This document shows positions 25,742-38,700 of a stretch of DNA of 64,000 nt, piece after piece (position 1 is the stretch's first letter; each line of letters begins with the position of its first letter). This stretch comes from Guillardia theta CCMP2712 (lineage: Eukaryota > Protista > Cryptophyta): positions 57,109-121,108 of the forward strand of contig NW_005434586.1 in assembly GCF_000315625.1 (NCBI RefSeq), in the 5' to 3' direction. A model generated the notes under the pieces. The model saw nothing but the letters and a program-made list of their open reading frames with translations. It did not search any database and had not been told where the DNA came from. Both the position numbers and the translations under genes were made by a program.

Positions 25742-26039
25742 TCGGTGTGCGATTGACGATGGGAATGATGGGGAGCGTTTCCCCACCCTGTCGATGAGGG
25801 TGGGTCATCAAAATTGTTTTAGATGATACAAATTAGCAGTTATGAACCGTTACACAGTACAACTGTTTGTACTATGTATTCGAATAAACAATTCATTGTC
25901 GTTAAAACAAATGGACACGCCAGTTCAAAATATGAAGCACCCCTACCACTGATATTACCGAGCAACACCCCTCAAAAACCAAGGGGTACACTACCACCGG
26001 TATCCTATGAGAACAGCATACGCATTCCTCTTTTGCGTT

Positions 26040-26420
26040 AAGTTCGACTACCGCGGTTTGACCCCAGAATGACTAGTACTAGGCTACTGAGGCCCCGCCT
26101 GTGCATCTTAGTTATCCGCCGACTCAGACTCGGCGCCTCAGGGGCACCGTGGCGAAGCCAGCAGCAGTGGGCCGCCCCGGTCAGGTCGTACTGTACCGTA
26201 TCGGACTGAGCAGAGTTCGAGTCCGAGTCCCCGCGGGCCATGGGACTCCGGCGTCAGTGCGCTCACCGTCGCCGGCCGGGCGTGGCCGGCGGGTCACGGG
26301 TCGCCGGTGCCACCGCCCGTGACTGTACCGGCGCCCCGGCTGACCGTCGGACGTCGCGGCCCGGGCCGCCTGGCCGCAAGGCGTTAAGTTACTAAACGGT
26401 TACTCTAAAAGCGGTCCGAA
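26040..26420. promoter_or_regulatory. GC-rich, palindrome-rich island upstream of PKD2
   Basis: Same word composition as 14800-15430; ends ~120 nt before the PKD2 ATG. Confidence 0.45.
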
Positions 26421-26537
26421 ATTGATTGACAGCTTAAAAAAACCAAAAAAAAACAGCACAGACTTTGATAGATAGAGAGGAGAGAGAGTGCTACTTTGAG
26501 GGCCGTGTGGACGGCGCCACTTCATAGTAGATCTGCC

Positions 26538-28616
26538 ATGCAGGAGGGGGCGCTGACAGGTCGGAGGACTCCGAGGCTGGAAGACTCTCTAGAGGAAGAG
26601 GCAGAAACCGTCTACTACAACGTAAAAGCAAGCATACGACAAATCGAGACATGGAAGGACGTGAAGAGAGGTTACATGTAAGCCGTTTGTCCTGTTGGCG
26701 AAGCTTGTTGTTGTCCTCCCTCTCACCTTGCTGCAGGTCACTGTCATGGTACATTTGCTTCGTTCTCATCTTCGTAGGAATCTTAGCGATGCAGATGGAC
26801 ATAGGACGAGCTTACTTGGTTGACTACTCCCTTAGAGAAGTGTTGGTTGGACAGTCTGATAAGTTGGACGGAATTCGCTCCATAAATCAATTGTGGGATT
26901 ACATCATTGGGACAGATCCAGTGACAGACACAGGCCTCGTGGGCAAGACGTTTGAGGAGAACTGGTATAATGGACAAGCGTACGATCCTAACGAGCTTGG
27001 GTTCGTTCTCGAGTACAACAAGATAGTTGGGGGAGTCCTCTTGGTACAACAGCGAGGAGTTATCAGCAACTGCACCAAGGAGAGCGTTTACTCTATCTTG
27101 TACCCAAACTGCTACGACTGGGCTGTCGACAAGTCTCCTTTCGGACCTCTGGGTGCTGATGGGTTGCCGTCGTACAATTATTCGTCGCAATGGGGCGGGC
27201 ATGGAGTGTTCTTGAAACTCTCAGACGGTCGGGATGTGAACGTGGGCATTGTCAACGATCTCAAGGCAAACCTCTGGATAGACAAGCAGACTCGCGCGCT
27301 GCACGTGAAGTTCGCGGTGTACAACGGAAACCTCGAACTCTTCACCTACATGGACTTGAAGTTTACTTTCGGTCAAGGCGGTGGCCTCAAACGTCCTCAC
27401 AGCCTCAAGATTCAATCAGTCCCTCTTGAGCTTTATACTCGTCCTATTGACTTGTTCAGGCTTACACTGGAGATGGTGTTCATCGCCATCGTAGGCTTCC
27501 AGTTTGGGACAGAGGTGAACGAACTCTTGGAATGTATCGCGAAAGGAAGACCGTTGGAATATTTCTTGGACTTCTGGAATATCTTGGACATTTTGAATAT
27601 CGCCCTCTTCTCGGTGGGTATTGTGTGGAGAGTTCAGTATGTCTCTCTCGTCAGTGCAAACCCTTTAGAAGTTCCTACTGATGAATACAAGCTGTTAATT
27701 GAAGAATCGGCACAGCTACAGGGAACTCAGGTATCAATCAATTCGTTCAACATCTTGATATGTATCTTCCGACTTTTCAAGTAAGTTTGAGTATAGTTGA
27801 GAATCCGTTCCTCTGACATGTTTTTCTCCTTTCAGATTTTATGAGTTCCAGGACAGGTTGAACATCCTGACCCGAACTTTTGGGCATGCATGGACGGATT
27901 TGTATCATTTCCTAATCATGTTTCTGGTGATTTTCTTTGGATATTCCTTTCTCAGCCACGTTATCTGGGGTCCACACCTTTACGCGTACAACACCTTCGG
28001 GCTGGCGATTCAGACCCAATGGGAGATGATCTTGGGCAACTATGACTATCAGGCCTTGAAGAAGATCGCTCCAGATTTCGCCGCCATCTTGTTCTGGTCC
28101 TTTATCTTCTTCGTTGCGATCGTCTGCCTCAATGTCTTGCTTGCTATCTTGATTGAGGCTTTTGGAACTGCTTCGGAGCCGGAAGATCAGGACATCCCCC
28201 CCAACAGCGTTGGCGAGCAGCTCACTGTAGCAGCATATCGGCTCCTGTCCAACGGACCCGGAGATCCATCTGAGAAGGACCTAACTGACGAGATGCTCGC
28301 CAGAGTTCTTAGACATTTCGCTTCAGATGGTATCAAGATCGTCACGGAGAGTGACATTGCCGCTCGTTTGGACTATGGCATGCAGGGTCAACTCCAAAGA
28401 AAGCTACCCATCCTGAAAGTTGCAGACAGCGCGATGGTCGAACGCGAGAAGGGGATCGCTGACTCAGTGAATTTGGAAATGAATCGAAAGAAGCAGGAAC
28501 TTCTACGACGATCTACAGCTTTGCTGCACGAGAATACCAGGCTCAAGGAGAGGATCGTGCAGCTTGAGCAGCTGTCAAAACCTACACAAGATGTTTTGGA
28601 TGGGAGGAAGATATAA
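26538..28616 (+). CDS. PKD2: Polycystin-2 (PKD2/TRPP)-like cation channel, ~650 aa, 3 exons
   Basis: S1, then a TOP domain (YNKIVGGVLLVQQRG, LKANLWIDKQTRALHVKFAVYNGN), YFLDFWNILDI, S4 ICIFRLFK, S5 FLIMFLVIFFGYS, pore QWEMILGNYD, S6 LNVLLAILIEAF and a C-terminal coiled coil. Introns at ~26678-26736 and ~27781-27835. Confidence 0.92.
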
Positions 28617-29233
28617 TCGTTCAAAGAGATGAACTGAATGACATGTAAAGTAAGCCTTCACTGGTTGGAAGTTTCTGCCCTTTCCTGTGCTCTCTTGAGC
28701 CTGCAAAAGTTTTGCAGCATCAACATTTATGAAATATTCATCTCAAAGTGCACCTGACGTTGTCATGATGTTCTTGTGTCATATGTCGCTTCATGCATTC
28801 ATTCATGGCGTTGTTCTGCAATCTGGCAAAATCTGTTTCAAAACTCGAACTCTGGAGAAGTCAACAAGCTCACCGGCAGTTGAAGATGACAAAGAGTCCG
28901 TTGGCTTTTTCACATTGAGCAAACTCATTAATCTCTTTCTTGCATGCAGCTACAGCATCTGATTTCACAATGTCTGCAATTCTTTTCTCTTCCTGCAAAC
29001 AGTTCAATGAAACGACTCAACTCATATCTACGAATCTTCACAGGGAAAGTTTTTCTAAGGCGAGATTCCCTGTTGAAACTTAGACCTTAGAGATTATCAA
29101 GCCCCCGCGACAACACCAACCTGTTGGAGTCATCCTTCCTTGCTTCATTTAGAGACATCGCCCTACGAACAAAGAGGTTATGCAACGAAAATGTTGAAAC
29201 CCCTGCTCCCTTGAAATCCCTCCCTCAAACTCC

Positions 29234-29408
29234 TCTCTGTCTCTGTCTCTGTCTTTGTCTCTATCTCTCGCTGTCTCTCTGTCACTGTCTCTGTCTGTCT
29301 CTCTCTCGCTCTCTGTCTGTCTGTCTCTCTCTCCCTCCCTCCCTCCCTCCCTCCCTCCCTCCCTCCCCTCCCTCCCTCCCTCCCTCCCTCCCTCCCTCCC
29401 TCTCTCCA
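29234..29408 (+). repeat. (CTCTGT)n/(CCCT)n microsatellite between PKD2 and the giant gene
   Basis: Visible tandems. Confidence 0.9.
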
Positions 29409-29769
29409 TGCATCGCTGTCCCTCTCTCCCCATCTCCATGTCTCTCCCTGTTTGTCTACTACGCACGGCTGTCAGCATTTCAGCCTTATGCCTGAGTTAG
29501 TCACATGCCAGGCCCCGGCCGAAGCCGAACGCCGGGGCCTGGCGACTCAAATTTTACTCACAGAAGTCACAGTAGCCTGGTAAGAATTAGTTATCAGCGC
29601 TACAGTAGGCTTCTCGGATTTAGAATGAGGGTACTGGTGGTGGTTATGCTAGTACGGGTGGTCTTTACCCGATGTCGTCTGTCCAATTCTCCTGGGGTGG
29701 CTCATCAGTTCCACTACAGTGGGGTAGGTCCTGTGCCGGTGCCTGTTGAGCTCTCAAGGTCGGGGGAGA

Positions 29770-32700
29770 ATGGCAGCGGCAGGAGGTCCCTGCCGCGCTC
29801 ACAAGCGATGGTGCATGCTGACGTTGCAACAATCCTTCATGCACAAGATGCTTTTGGTTGGCATCTTCTTCTTAGACTCTTTAACAAGCACGGCCAAAAA
29901 TCAAGTTCTAGCAGATGTTTTCCATGTAAATAGATCTCGGACAAGCTTGCAAATTTGTAAAATGCGGCCAAGGAGTTACGATCCTAATCTCGATATAACA
30001 CAATTTGGAGTGTCACAATTCTCATGGTATCCTAAGGGTCAGCCTCTCCTTGGCGCTACTGCGGGATGGTTGATAGGTAAGGATTCACCAACCTTGAGTC
30101 TCTATGTAAAAGGACAGCAACCACATGTTGCTCTTGTTAATGGCAATCTCGAAGTGCAAACACAAGTTGACATAACTATGAACGTCTCTCTGTACAATAA
30201 TCCTGGTTGCGCATATCTTAATGGAACCACATCAATACGAACAGCCAACGGCGTCGCTCTTTTCACAGACCTCATGATCAGTCGTAGTGGATATCCGTAT
30301 CAATTGAAATTCGAAGCAGGCGCCCGTGGAGGGCCTGTTGTCTTCATCACACCTTATTTCAGGGTCCGTGTAGGACAAATATTCTTGCCTTATGATCCCA
30401 TCTGGAATCCCATCGGACATTCTATCTCAACCTACCCAAAATTTTCAATTCCAAGTTGTAGTAAGAGTTGCTCTCAGTCTTGCAGCTGCAGAATACAGAA
30501 CATTTCTATAAGGGAGCAAGTGGTTGCTGGAACGCCAGTAAAGTCCGAGGAAAACTCGAGCCTACATGACTGCAGTGGATTTCAATTCCCTACGATGTGG
30601 GTTCGCACTTACAATTTCTCCAACACTTCCCTGGGAGTTGAGTGCGATGGTTGGGTTGACAAGTTGGACTGGAGCTACAATTTTACTTTGATTGCTGGTC
30701 CAGTCCCTCAATGTGTGAAGCGTGATCCTCTCGCTGAAATTGATGTGTGCTTGCAAGGTAGGCGTGATCGTTGTGTATTTGTTTGTCTTCATTCTGACCT
30801 TGTCACAGGCTTCAACGGGACGCTCACTCAAGTACCAGTCAATGGCAGGGCAACCTTCACAGACTTAGTCATCTGGGTTGCCGGCAAATTGACACTCACT
30901 TTTGGCACTCTTGGCATGAACAGCACAACCTTTGATATCCATGTAGTGCCAGCTGAAGCGAAATCCATCTTGATTTTGAAGCAGCCTCCGAATGTTAGCA
31001 ATGTTGGAATATTTTTCACACTATCTCAAGCTCCTATTGTAAATTTGGTAGATTCATTCAACAATTCCGTGACAAGTTCAACTTGGAAAGTTTACGTCTA
31101 TTCCTATCAGAACCAATCGAATATAACGTTTCCAAATGTCGTAAAGCCTTTCGCTTTCAACCATGAAGGTGTTGCAAAGTTTACAGATATGACCTTACAA
31201 ACTTCAGGATTAGTCGTACTGAAGTTTTATGCCAGCAACGAAACCAATGCAACTCTTCCATACAGGATTGGTCCATCAATATCATCTCCGATTTTTCTAT
31301 ATCCAGGGTACGTGCATCAGATAAGAGTTGTATCGAGCACAACTATCAACCTACCTGTGCCAAAGGTATGGAATCCTACCAGGGTTTTTGCGGCGCAAGT
31401 TCTTGCACCACAGCCAGCAATCACTTTCCTAGATAGATTCGGAAATTTAGTTTCCTTCGGGGGTATAAATGTCACCTTGACCATGACAGTGGCAACTGGT
31501 ACTGGCGTGCTCGTAGGGAATAACCAAGCACCATCCAAGCAAGGTTTTGCAGTTTTTACAGATTTGCTCATCACCTCAAAAGGAATTTATTACCTTTATT
31601 TCAGTGCCAAAACAATGTTTGTGAATCAGAGTTTGACAGTGAGTGCTGGAGTATTGCGCAGACTGCTATGGAATACTCAACCATCCTCTATTCCCGCCAC
31701 TCGCAAGTGCACTTACCAGTGCGGTATCAAGTGTGATTCTTTGACAACTCACTTTCAGACCTTCAATCCGCAAATTATAGTGAATTTCACAGATGAATAT
31801 CTGAATCCTGTTACTGCTGCAGGTGTATGGTTCATGCTTGACCTTTTTCCAAATTACAGATCTGGTTCTCTTGCGAACAGTCCAGTGGATATTTCTACAG
31901 TCAAGCTCACATGCACGAATTGCTTCAATGCAAATTTGTTGATACAGGCACAAGAAAACGATCGAGGTCTTGTTTTCACTGACCTGGCAATTACCCTGCC
32001 TTGTGAGGGTCCTTCCTCTGTTACGGGTCTGGCTCTTCGAATGACTGCCGTGGATTTGACTAAGTGCTCAAATATCGGCGGGATCACCCCTATCTATGAC
32101 TGTAGCAATCCTGTGTCTCATGTATATCAGGATGTGCTTGTACAGAATGTATCTTTGACATTCAATGTGTATAATATCAGCAATTTGAATTTATTGCCAC
32201 ATGGATTGCAATTCGTCAGCGGACAGTAAGTATTTTGATTTTGGTTACAGTCGGTGTGAATGATTTTGATTTTTGCAGGCCTCTAAATTTTCCCGTGGTT
32301 TCAGGTGCCCCAGGCGTGGAAATGAATTACCAGGCTGCAAATACCCTTAAACTTGCAGAAACTGGTGTTTTTGCTGTGGATCTAATATTATATCGCCATG
32401 TGCTAGGGACTGATCCATATGACATTGTCAAGTGTTTCGGAAATGGGGGGAAAGCCATCTGTGGAAATGTGATCTTGACGTTTTCTGGGAACTACTCATA
32501 TCAGTTTCGTTTCCCCTCTTGTATTGACTTGACGCAATGCCCTCAATATCCAATTTACTCATCTACATCCAATTTTACTGTGATTCCCGATAATGCGAAA
32601 TCTGTTTTATCATTGTCTTGTACTCAATGCCAGCAGCCTGTTTCATTCTCGATTCACACTTCCATTCCAGTTCCCATCAAGGTCCAGTTACAAGATCAAT

Positions 32701-35700
32701 TTGGAAATGCACTACCGGGAAAAGCAATCTTAATGTCGCTGGCAGAAGGCACCATACTCGCTCCTTCATACAGCAGCACAAAAGGATTGTTTGTTCTATC
32801 AAAGCAATCTGGAGTCCCTTCTTCTCTTGATGGAATTCTCCTCGAAAGTGCCAATGGTTTGATCACAACGTTTGCAACAATATTCTTCTCAGCTGCGTTC
32901 TTGCAAGCACAGTTGAACTTTTCCGTTCCAGCTGCGCCAGAAATCAAAACCACACTCTCAAACACCTTTCAAGTGTATCCAGGCAACACGACAAGCATTC
33001 AAGTCAGCTTCCAACCCCTTGCTTGCTATGCAGGACAAGAAGTGGAGCTGCAAGTAGGTTTGCTTGATGCCTACAACTATGTTCGCTATAATGACACTGG
33101 AAGTTTGATGGGACTGATTGCAAATAATAGCATTGATGCTTCTTTGTACACCAATAGTACCACAAAACAAGGTTTTGCGACATTCACTTTCAGTCTTACT
33201 GAGGTAACCTCTGACCAGAGGTTGAGAATGTTTCTTCTCTCAGATATCAGAATTAGTGTGATTGCTCAAAGAATTCAAGTTGTGAATGGATTCCCAGCCA
33301 AGCTTGTGTTCATTGATTCAGTAAGAAACCAAACTTCAATGGAAAGCATTTATCCCTCTGTGAAAATCGGCTTTTTGGATGACTTTGGCAATCGATACAT
33401 AAGTGACACATGCTCCTTTAAATCTAGTAGAAAAATTTGTGTTGACACGAGCGGCCTGTTTGACACAGCATGTCCTTCATCTACACAATCATCATGTTGC
33501 ATTACCTTTCAGAACACATCAACTCATGCTTTTTGTCAAAATCATACAAATGGAAATGTGTTTGACCTTGAAGTTACAGTGTGGAATTTGATTTCTGGTA
33601 TCGAATTGAAGAACTTTTCGGAACATCCACTCCTCTTCGGAACAACAAATCAATCCTGGTATCCAAGTGTGACACAAGTTACCTTTCCTGGTATTTCAAT
33701 CGGATTGGTGTTACCTCCTGGTCTTGGTTATAAGTTACGAGCTTCGCTGAGCGGTCTCAACTTAATTGAATATTCTAATTCTTTTTTGCTGCTGCCTGGT
33801 GCGCCGCATTCTGCTCGTTTCTTAGACATCTCTAATTATTTCGTTGCTGGTCAACCGATTCCATTTGTTGTGCAAGTTACTGACTTGTATGGAAATCTTG
33901 TCAAAAATCCCATCAAACTCAATGTGAGTTTGCTGCGTTATGAAGGATACTCAAATGCTAGTGACGAACTTGTTCGTAAGGAGCCACTTGAAGTTGTCAA
34001 TGGACAAATCATAAGTTCGATCTTTTCTGTATACCACATAGGCTGTATCACGATCTCTTGCAATACAAGCTTTATTTTTGAAGCTGCAGGCGATGAGCTC
34101 TATAATGTCAGCAATCCTTTCTCTGTAATACCCAGCTATCCGACAAAATTGATATCTTTCTCGCGTTATCAAGATTATACATGGCTGTTTAATGCAAGTG
34201 GACCTGATATCTTTTTGTACGCTGAGGATAGATACAAGAATCAGGTGTGGATGAACGACACTCTGTACGCCTTTTTCACTGTGCCAGAAGCTTGCAACTC
34301 TAGCTATCAACATTATGTCGTGTCTTGCGTGTCTCCAGACGAGGTTGGATTTTGCAAGTTTCCCTTCAATTCTCGAGATGGAACATGGTTGGCAACAATG
34401 CAAAACAGAAATACCAGCCTTACATGTCTCCGTTTCTTCGTACAGTCATATCCAAATCTATCAACGTATTACGGTCCTGTTTCCATCTTGGACAATTACA
34501 CATTAAATCTGACTCAACAGCCAGAAGTTCGGTATGCAGGCCAATTATTCTCCAAGCCACCTGAAGTACAGATTTGCCCAGCAACTCCTTTGGATCAGAA
34601 CTGCTTGGTGTATGCTAAAGTCTCGGTATCTATCACGTATACTGCAGGAGCATGCAGTCTTTACCCTTCGAATACTGATCGCTCATGTCTACTTGGTGGC
34701 CCATCAGTGACCTGGTCAACTCAAGATGGCATAGCGGTCTTTTCTGAGATTTTCATCCAGCAGGCTGGAACCCTCTACTTGACATTTCAAGTGCAGTTTG
34801 AATCGATTCAATCCGGGGTCCTCACAGTTTCCAATGCAAAAGTTGCTAGAATCGAAGTAAGTAATATCTCGAGTTCACAATCGACATGCGCAGGGTCGAT
34901 GAATTATGCAAGGGCCATTCTGTATGACGAATTTGGAAACCTAGCCTCAAGTAGTTCAATCAATGTGACATTGTTTGCGTCAATCTTGAATCAATCTCAG
35001 CTAGTAGGCATGACACAATCACAGAGCGGCGTCGCAGAAATCAGTTTTGTGTTGAAGGAGGCAGGTGAATATAACATCACGGTCTCGCTGGAAGAAGATC
35101 CAAATGTTGCAAATACTCAGTCTCTTCGAGTGGTGCCGTCAAATGTCAGCAGAATGGTAGTGAAGACAGCCAGCACAACGGTCCCTGCAGGTGATTCAAT
35201 CATATTTTCTGTAGTTGCGTACGATTCTTATGATAATGAGATTGGATGTTGTAATAGCTTGTGTCAATCATGCAAGAATGACACTAATTACCTCAATTTT
35301 TACTTTTTCTTAATGAGCGGTACTCTTCTGGTCGAGGATCTTCAGTTCGAGAGTGCAGATAATCTTGGTTCTACCCAGTGCAATTTTTCTACAAATAGTT
35401 TCATTGTACCAAGTCCTACCACAACAGGCAATGATTATTCTATCAAAGTGTGCTACTACATGATAGCAGACTGTAACGCTTCAGAGGCAAGAAATGCATT
35501 TTCAAATCCATTTACTGTGGCCCCCTCAGCAAAACAGCAATTTGTCCTTCTATCGAAGACACCAGTAAACGTGAGTATTGTTGCGGGTGAAACTCTCCTG
35601 TTTTTGGCGTTTCGCCTGCGAGATGTGTATAACAACCTTGTTCTCTCCAATGCTCATGCACATATTTGGGTATATACATCTTTGTCGAATAGTAGTTGCG

Positions 35701-38700
35701 GACAGAAATATTTCAAGATATTGCCTTGTCCTTTCGAAACCATTGAGCTTTGTCAAAGCAAACAGGATCAGCTGAACTTCATTCAAAATTGTTCATTTTC
35801 GTATGACTGTATTGCATCCCCGTCAGGTGTATCAATGCGGAATGGCAGCCTAATATTTGGTATGGAGTTTTTGAGCACAAGAATGGACTACACCGTTGAA
35901 GTGTGCCCCACTGCAAATGTTAAACCTTGCAGCAGTGCTGCATCAACCTGGTGCTCGATCACACCTGGCCGTCAGGGTCCATTCCAAGTGAGTCCTTCAT
36001 CTGCTGCTCGACTGCAACTGGAAAAGTGTTCTGTGAATACTTCTCATCCTCTGATAGCTGGTGAATCAATGGATTGCATCTTCTCTTTCCAAGACAAGTA
36101 TGGAAATCCAACGCTCTTACAAAACACGAGCAAGATTGCTCAAGTTTATTTCTCGTATCAAAATGGAACAGCAATCGTTCTCTCCAATCATTTGTTAGCA
36201 ATATATGGGGAGGTGGTTCAATATTCTACAATCTCGAATAACACCAATTCAGAATCGAGCCAGTGGCTCATTGTTCCCCAGATTCACGATGTTTCAAGTG
36301 TTCTGAACGTACAATACTTGAAAGTGATTATTCCAAAGAATGGATCAAATTTTTATTCACCTCTGACAAACGTCACGACCAGTGGGAAGATTACTTTCTT
36401 TGTTTCAAATTTTCCACCTGTCAAATCAAATGATTTTAGCATCATTCCTGGAAACATTTCTTCCATCATTTTCCTTTCGATTCCCAAGTTTGCCGTTGCT
36501 GGGAAGCTTCTGACTGAAGATAAGTTCGTTATAGTCTTTCGTGATCAATTCGACAACGTAGTTACGCATTTGAGTTCGCTGTGCGCTTTGAAGACGTTGC
36601 AGCTTTACAGCGATGGGAGTGTGATGTCTCCGGCATACTCATACGCGCAGGCCCAGCTCGGGGAGGTGAGCTTCTCCAATATTAGTCTCAGCACGACAGC
36701 ATATCAGAATGTGACCATCTACGTCAATGTCAGTGTACTTGACACTGGTCAGGCTTTCTCTCGTCTGTTGGGACAGTACTTCATCCACAGCGCTGCTCCA
36801 ACCAACTTGACGTTCCTCACTCAACCAGGCTCAAGTGTCGGCTTCGAACCTTTCCGAGCAAGCATTGACATCAGTGTGAAAGATGCGTTTGGGAACAACT
36901 TCTCTTGCCCTGTCACGCTGCGGATGAGGTTGCACCAAGAGAATGTGGGGCAATCTGCTTCGATCGTCGGCTCTCTTTATTCTAATTACAGCGTTGTTAC
37001 CGGCATCGCCGAGTTCTCAAACCTGAGTGTTCATCTGAATACATCCTATGGAACATTTCGCACCGTTGCTTATTTTTGCAAGTCTTCGATTCAGTTTTCC
37101 AGCGCATGCCCAAGCGGTTTCATTGACCCGAAGCCAGGTTGTGAGTCAGATGGTTCTGAGATTGCATCGAGTAGCGACTGTCAACAAGCTGAATCTTTCA
37201 GAACATTCGTCTGCACTTTCAGTCAAGATTTCGAAGTCAGATCTGTCGTTTCGCTCAGACTGTACATGACAGAACCCGTCGAGAGATTCGGTTACTTTCT
37301 CGCAAATCCAAGTTTTAAGACATATAGAACATTGCAGAACACATCTGTCGGGATTTTAAAAGTGTATGACTATCAAGACAACTTGTTGAACATCTCGATA
37401 GGACCTTACGATATCTTCATTCCTTCAAATCCCTCAATCCTGTCCAAACCCCCTGGTTATCCGTTCGCAGGCAAAGAGGGGTATGTGTACTTCACGGACG
37501 TATTCTTTGTGTTGCCTGGCAACAATTTGAGGCTTGTTTTCCGTCATGTGCCCAGCGGCTTACAGAACTCATCTCAGTTATTCAATGTGGAAAGTCTAGA
37601 CGTGGTTCATTTGAACCTGTCATGGCCATCTGAAAAGGTGAACTTTTCATGGATCTCTGACAATGTGAAGGAAGGGCTGACGATTCCAGCATTCAAAGCC
37701 GGTGAAGCCTTCAGTCATCAGCCAAGTGTTTCCATCTTGAACTTCTCCTTCCAACTTCGCTTGAATTTCCTGAATTCAACCACATCAATGCTGACTCATA
37801 TCCCAAGTCGAATTGCGAGCAAGAACGTTTTGTTTGGAACCACCACAGTGCCGGCAACTAACGGTATTTCACACTTCACTGATTTGCGTGTCGATCTTGC
37901 GACAAGGAGCATAAGGTGCACAGACTTGTGCCGACAGGAATATTACGCGATTGAATTTTATGTACCACAATCAAACGGATTTATTTACGGTTTACCTGAT
38001 AAGATTGTTGTCAAGTTTCATGTATTCCCAGGGAATATTTCAAATATTTCCATCACTCAACAACCCGGATCTACAGCATCTGGATTCCTCCTAGCACAAC
38101 AACCAATCTTGGAATTGACAGACAAGTACAGTAACTTGATTGAAAGTTCACCTGATGCATCGCAACCATACCGAATCATTGCAAGTCTAAATGCGCAGAC
38201 AGCAAATCTGACAGGTCACAAAATTATATCACTACAGAATGCCTCCATCAATTTTACCGATCTTGGCATGGTAGGGCCTTCTTTGGACACTTACAAGATA
38301 AAATTTACTGCAATCGAAACCGGAATCTATGCATATTCCAACGAGTTTGCAGTCAGAACGCCAACGAAGCTTGTGATTGTCACCCAGCCGAACAACCCAG
38401 CAGTATGGAATGAGGTCTTCTCGTCGACCCCTCAAGTTGGTATCTATGACGAGAAGGACTTCCTTGTGACTGCCAACTACTCCATACGTGTGAGCCTGGT
38501 GTTGGCCAGCCAAATTGAATCTCAAAGTTATCAGTTGGTAGCAGGAATAGATGGGAGTAATGTCTCTTATACAGGTACGACAGGAATAGCGACCTTTGCC
38601 AATCTTTTGATCAAATCGGCTGCTCTTATCGGAAACAGGTATGTGTTACTGTTCACCGTCTCAGCTCCGGGTGTGCAGTCGGTATATTCCATTCCGTTCG

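Noticed and set aside
1-28616. Apparent cluster of flagellar genes (WDR60, GNW protein, PKD2)
   Set aside because: They are interspersed with unrelated housekeeping genes, so this is compatible with chance in a flagellate genome.
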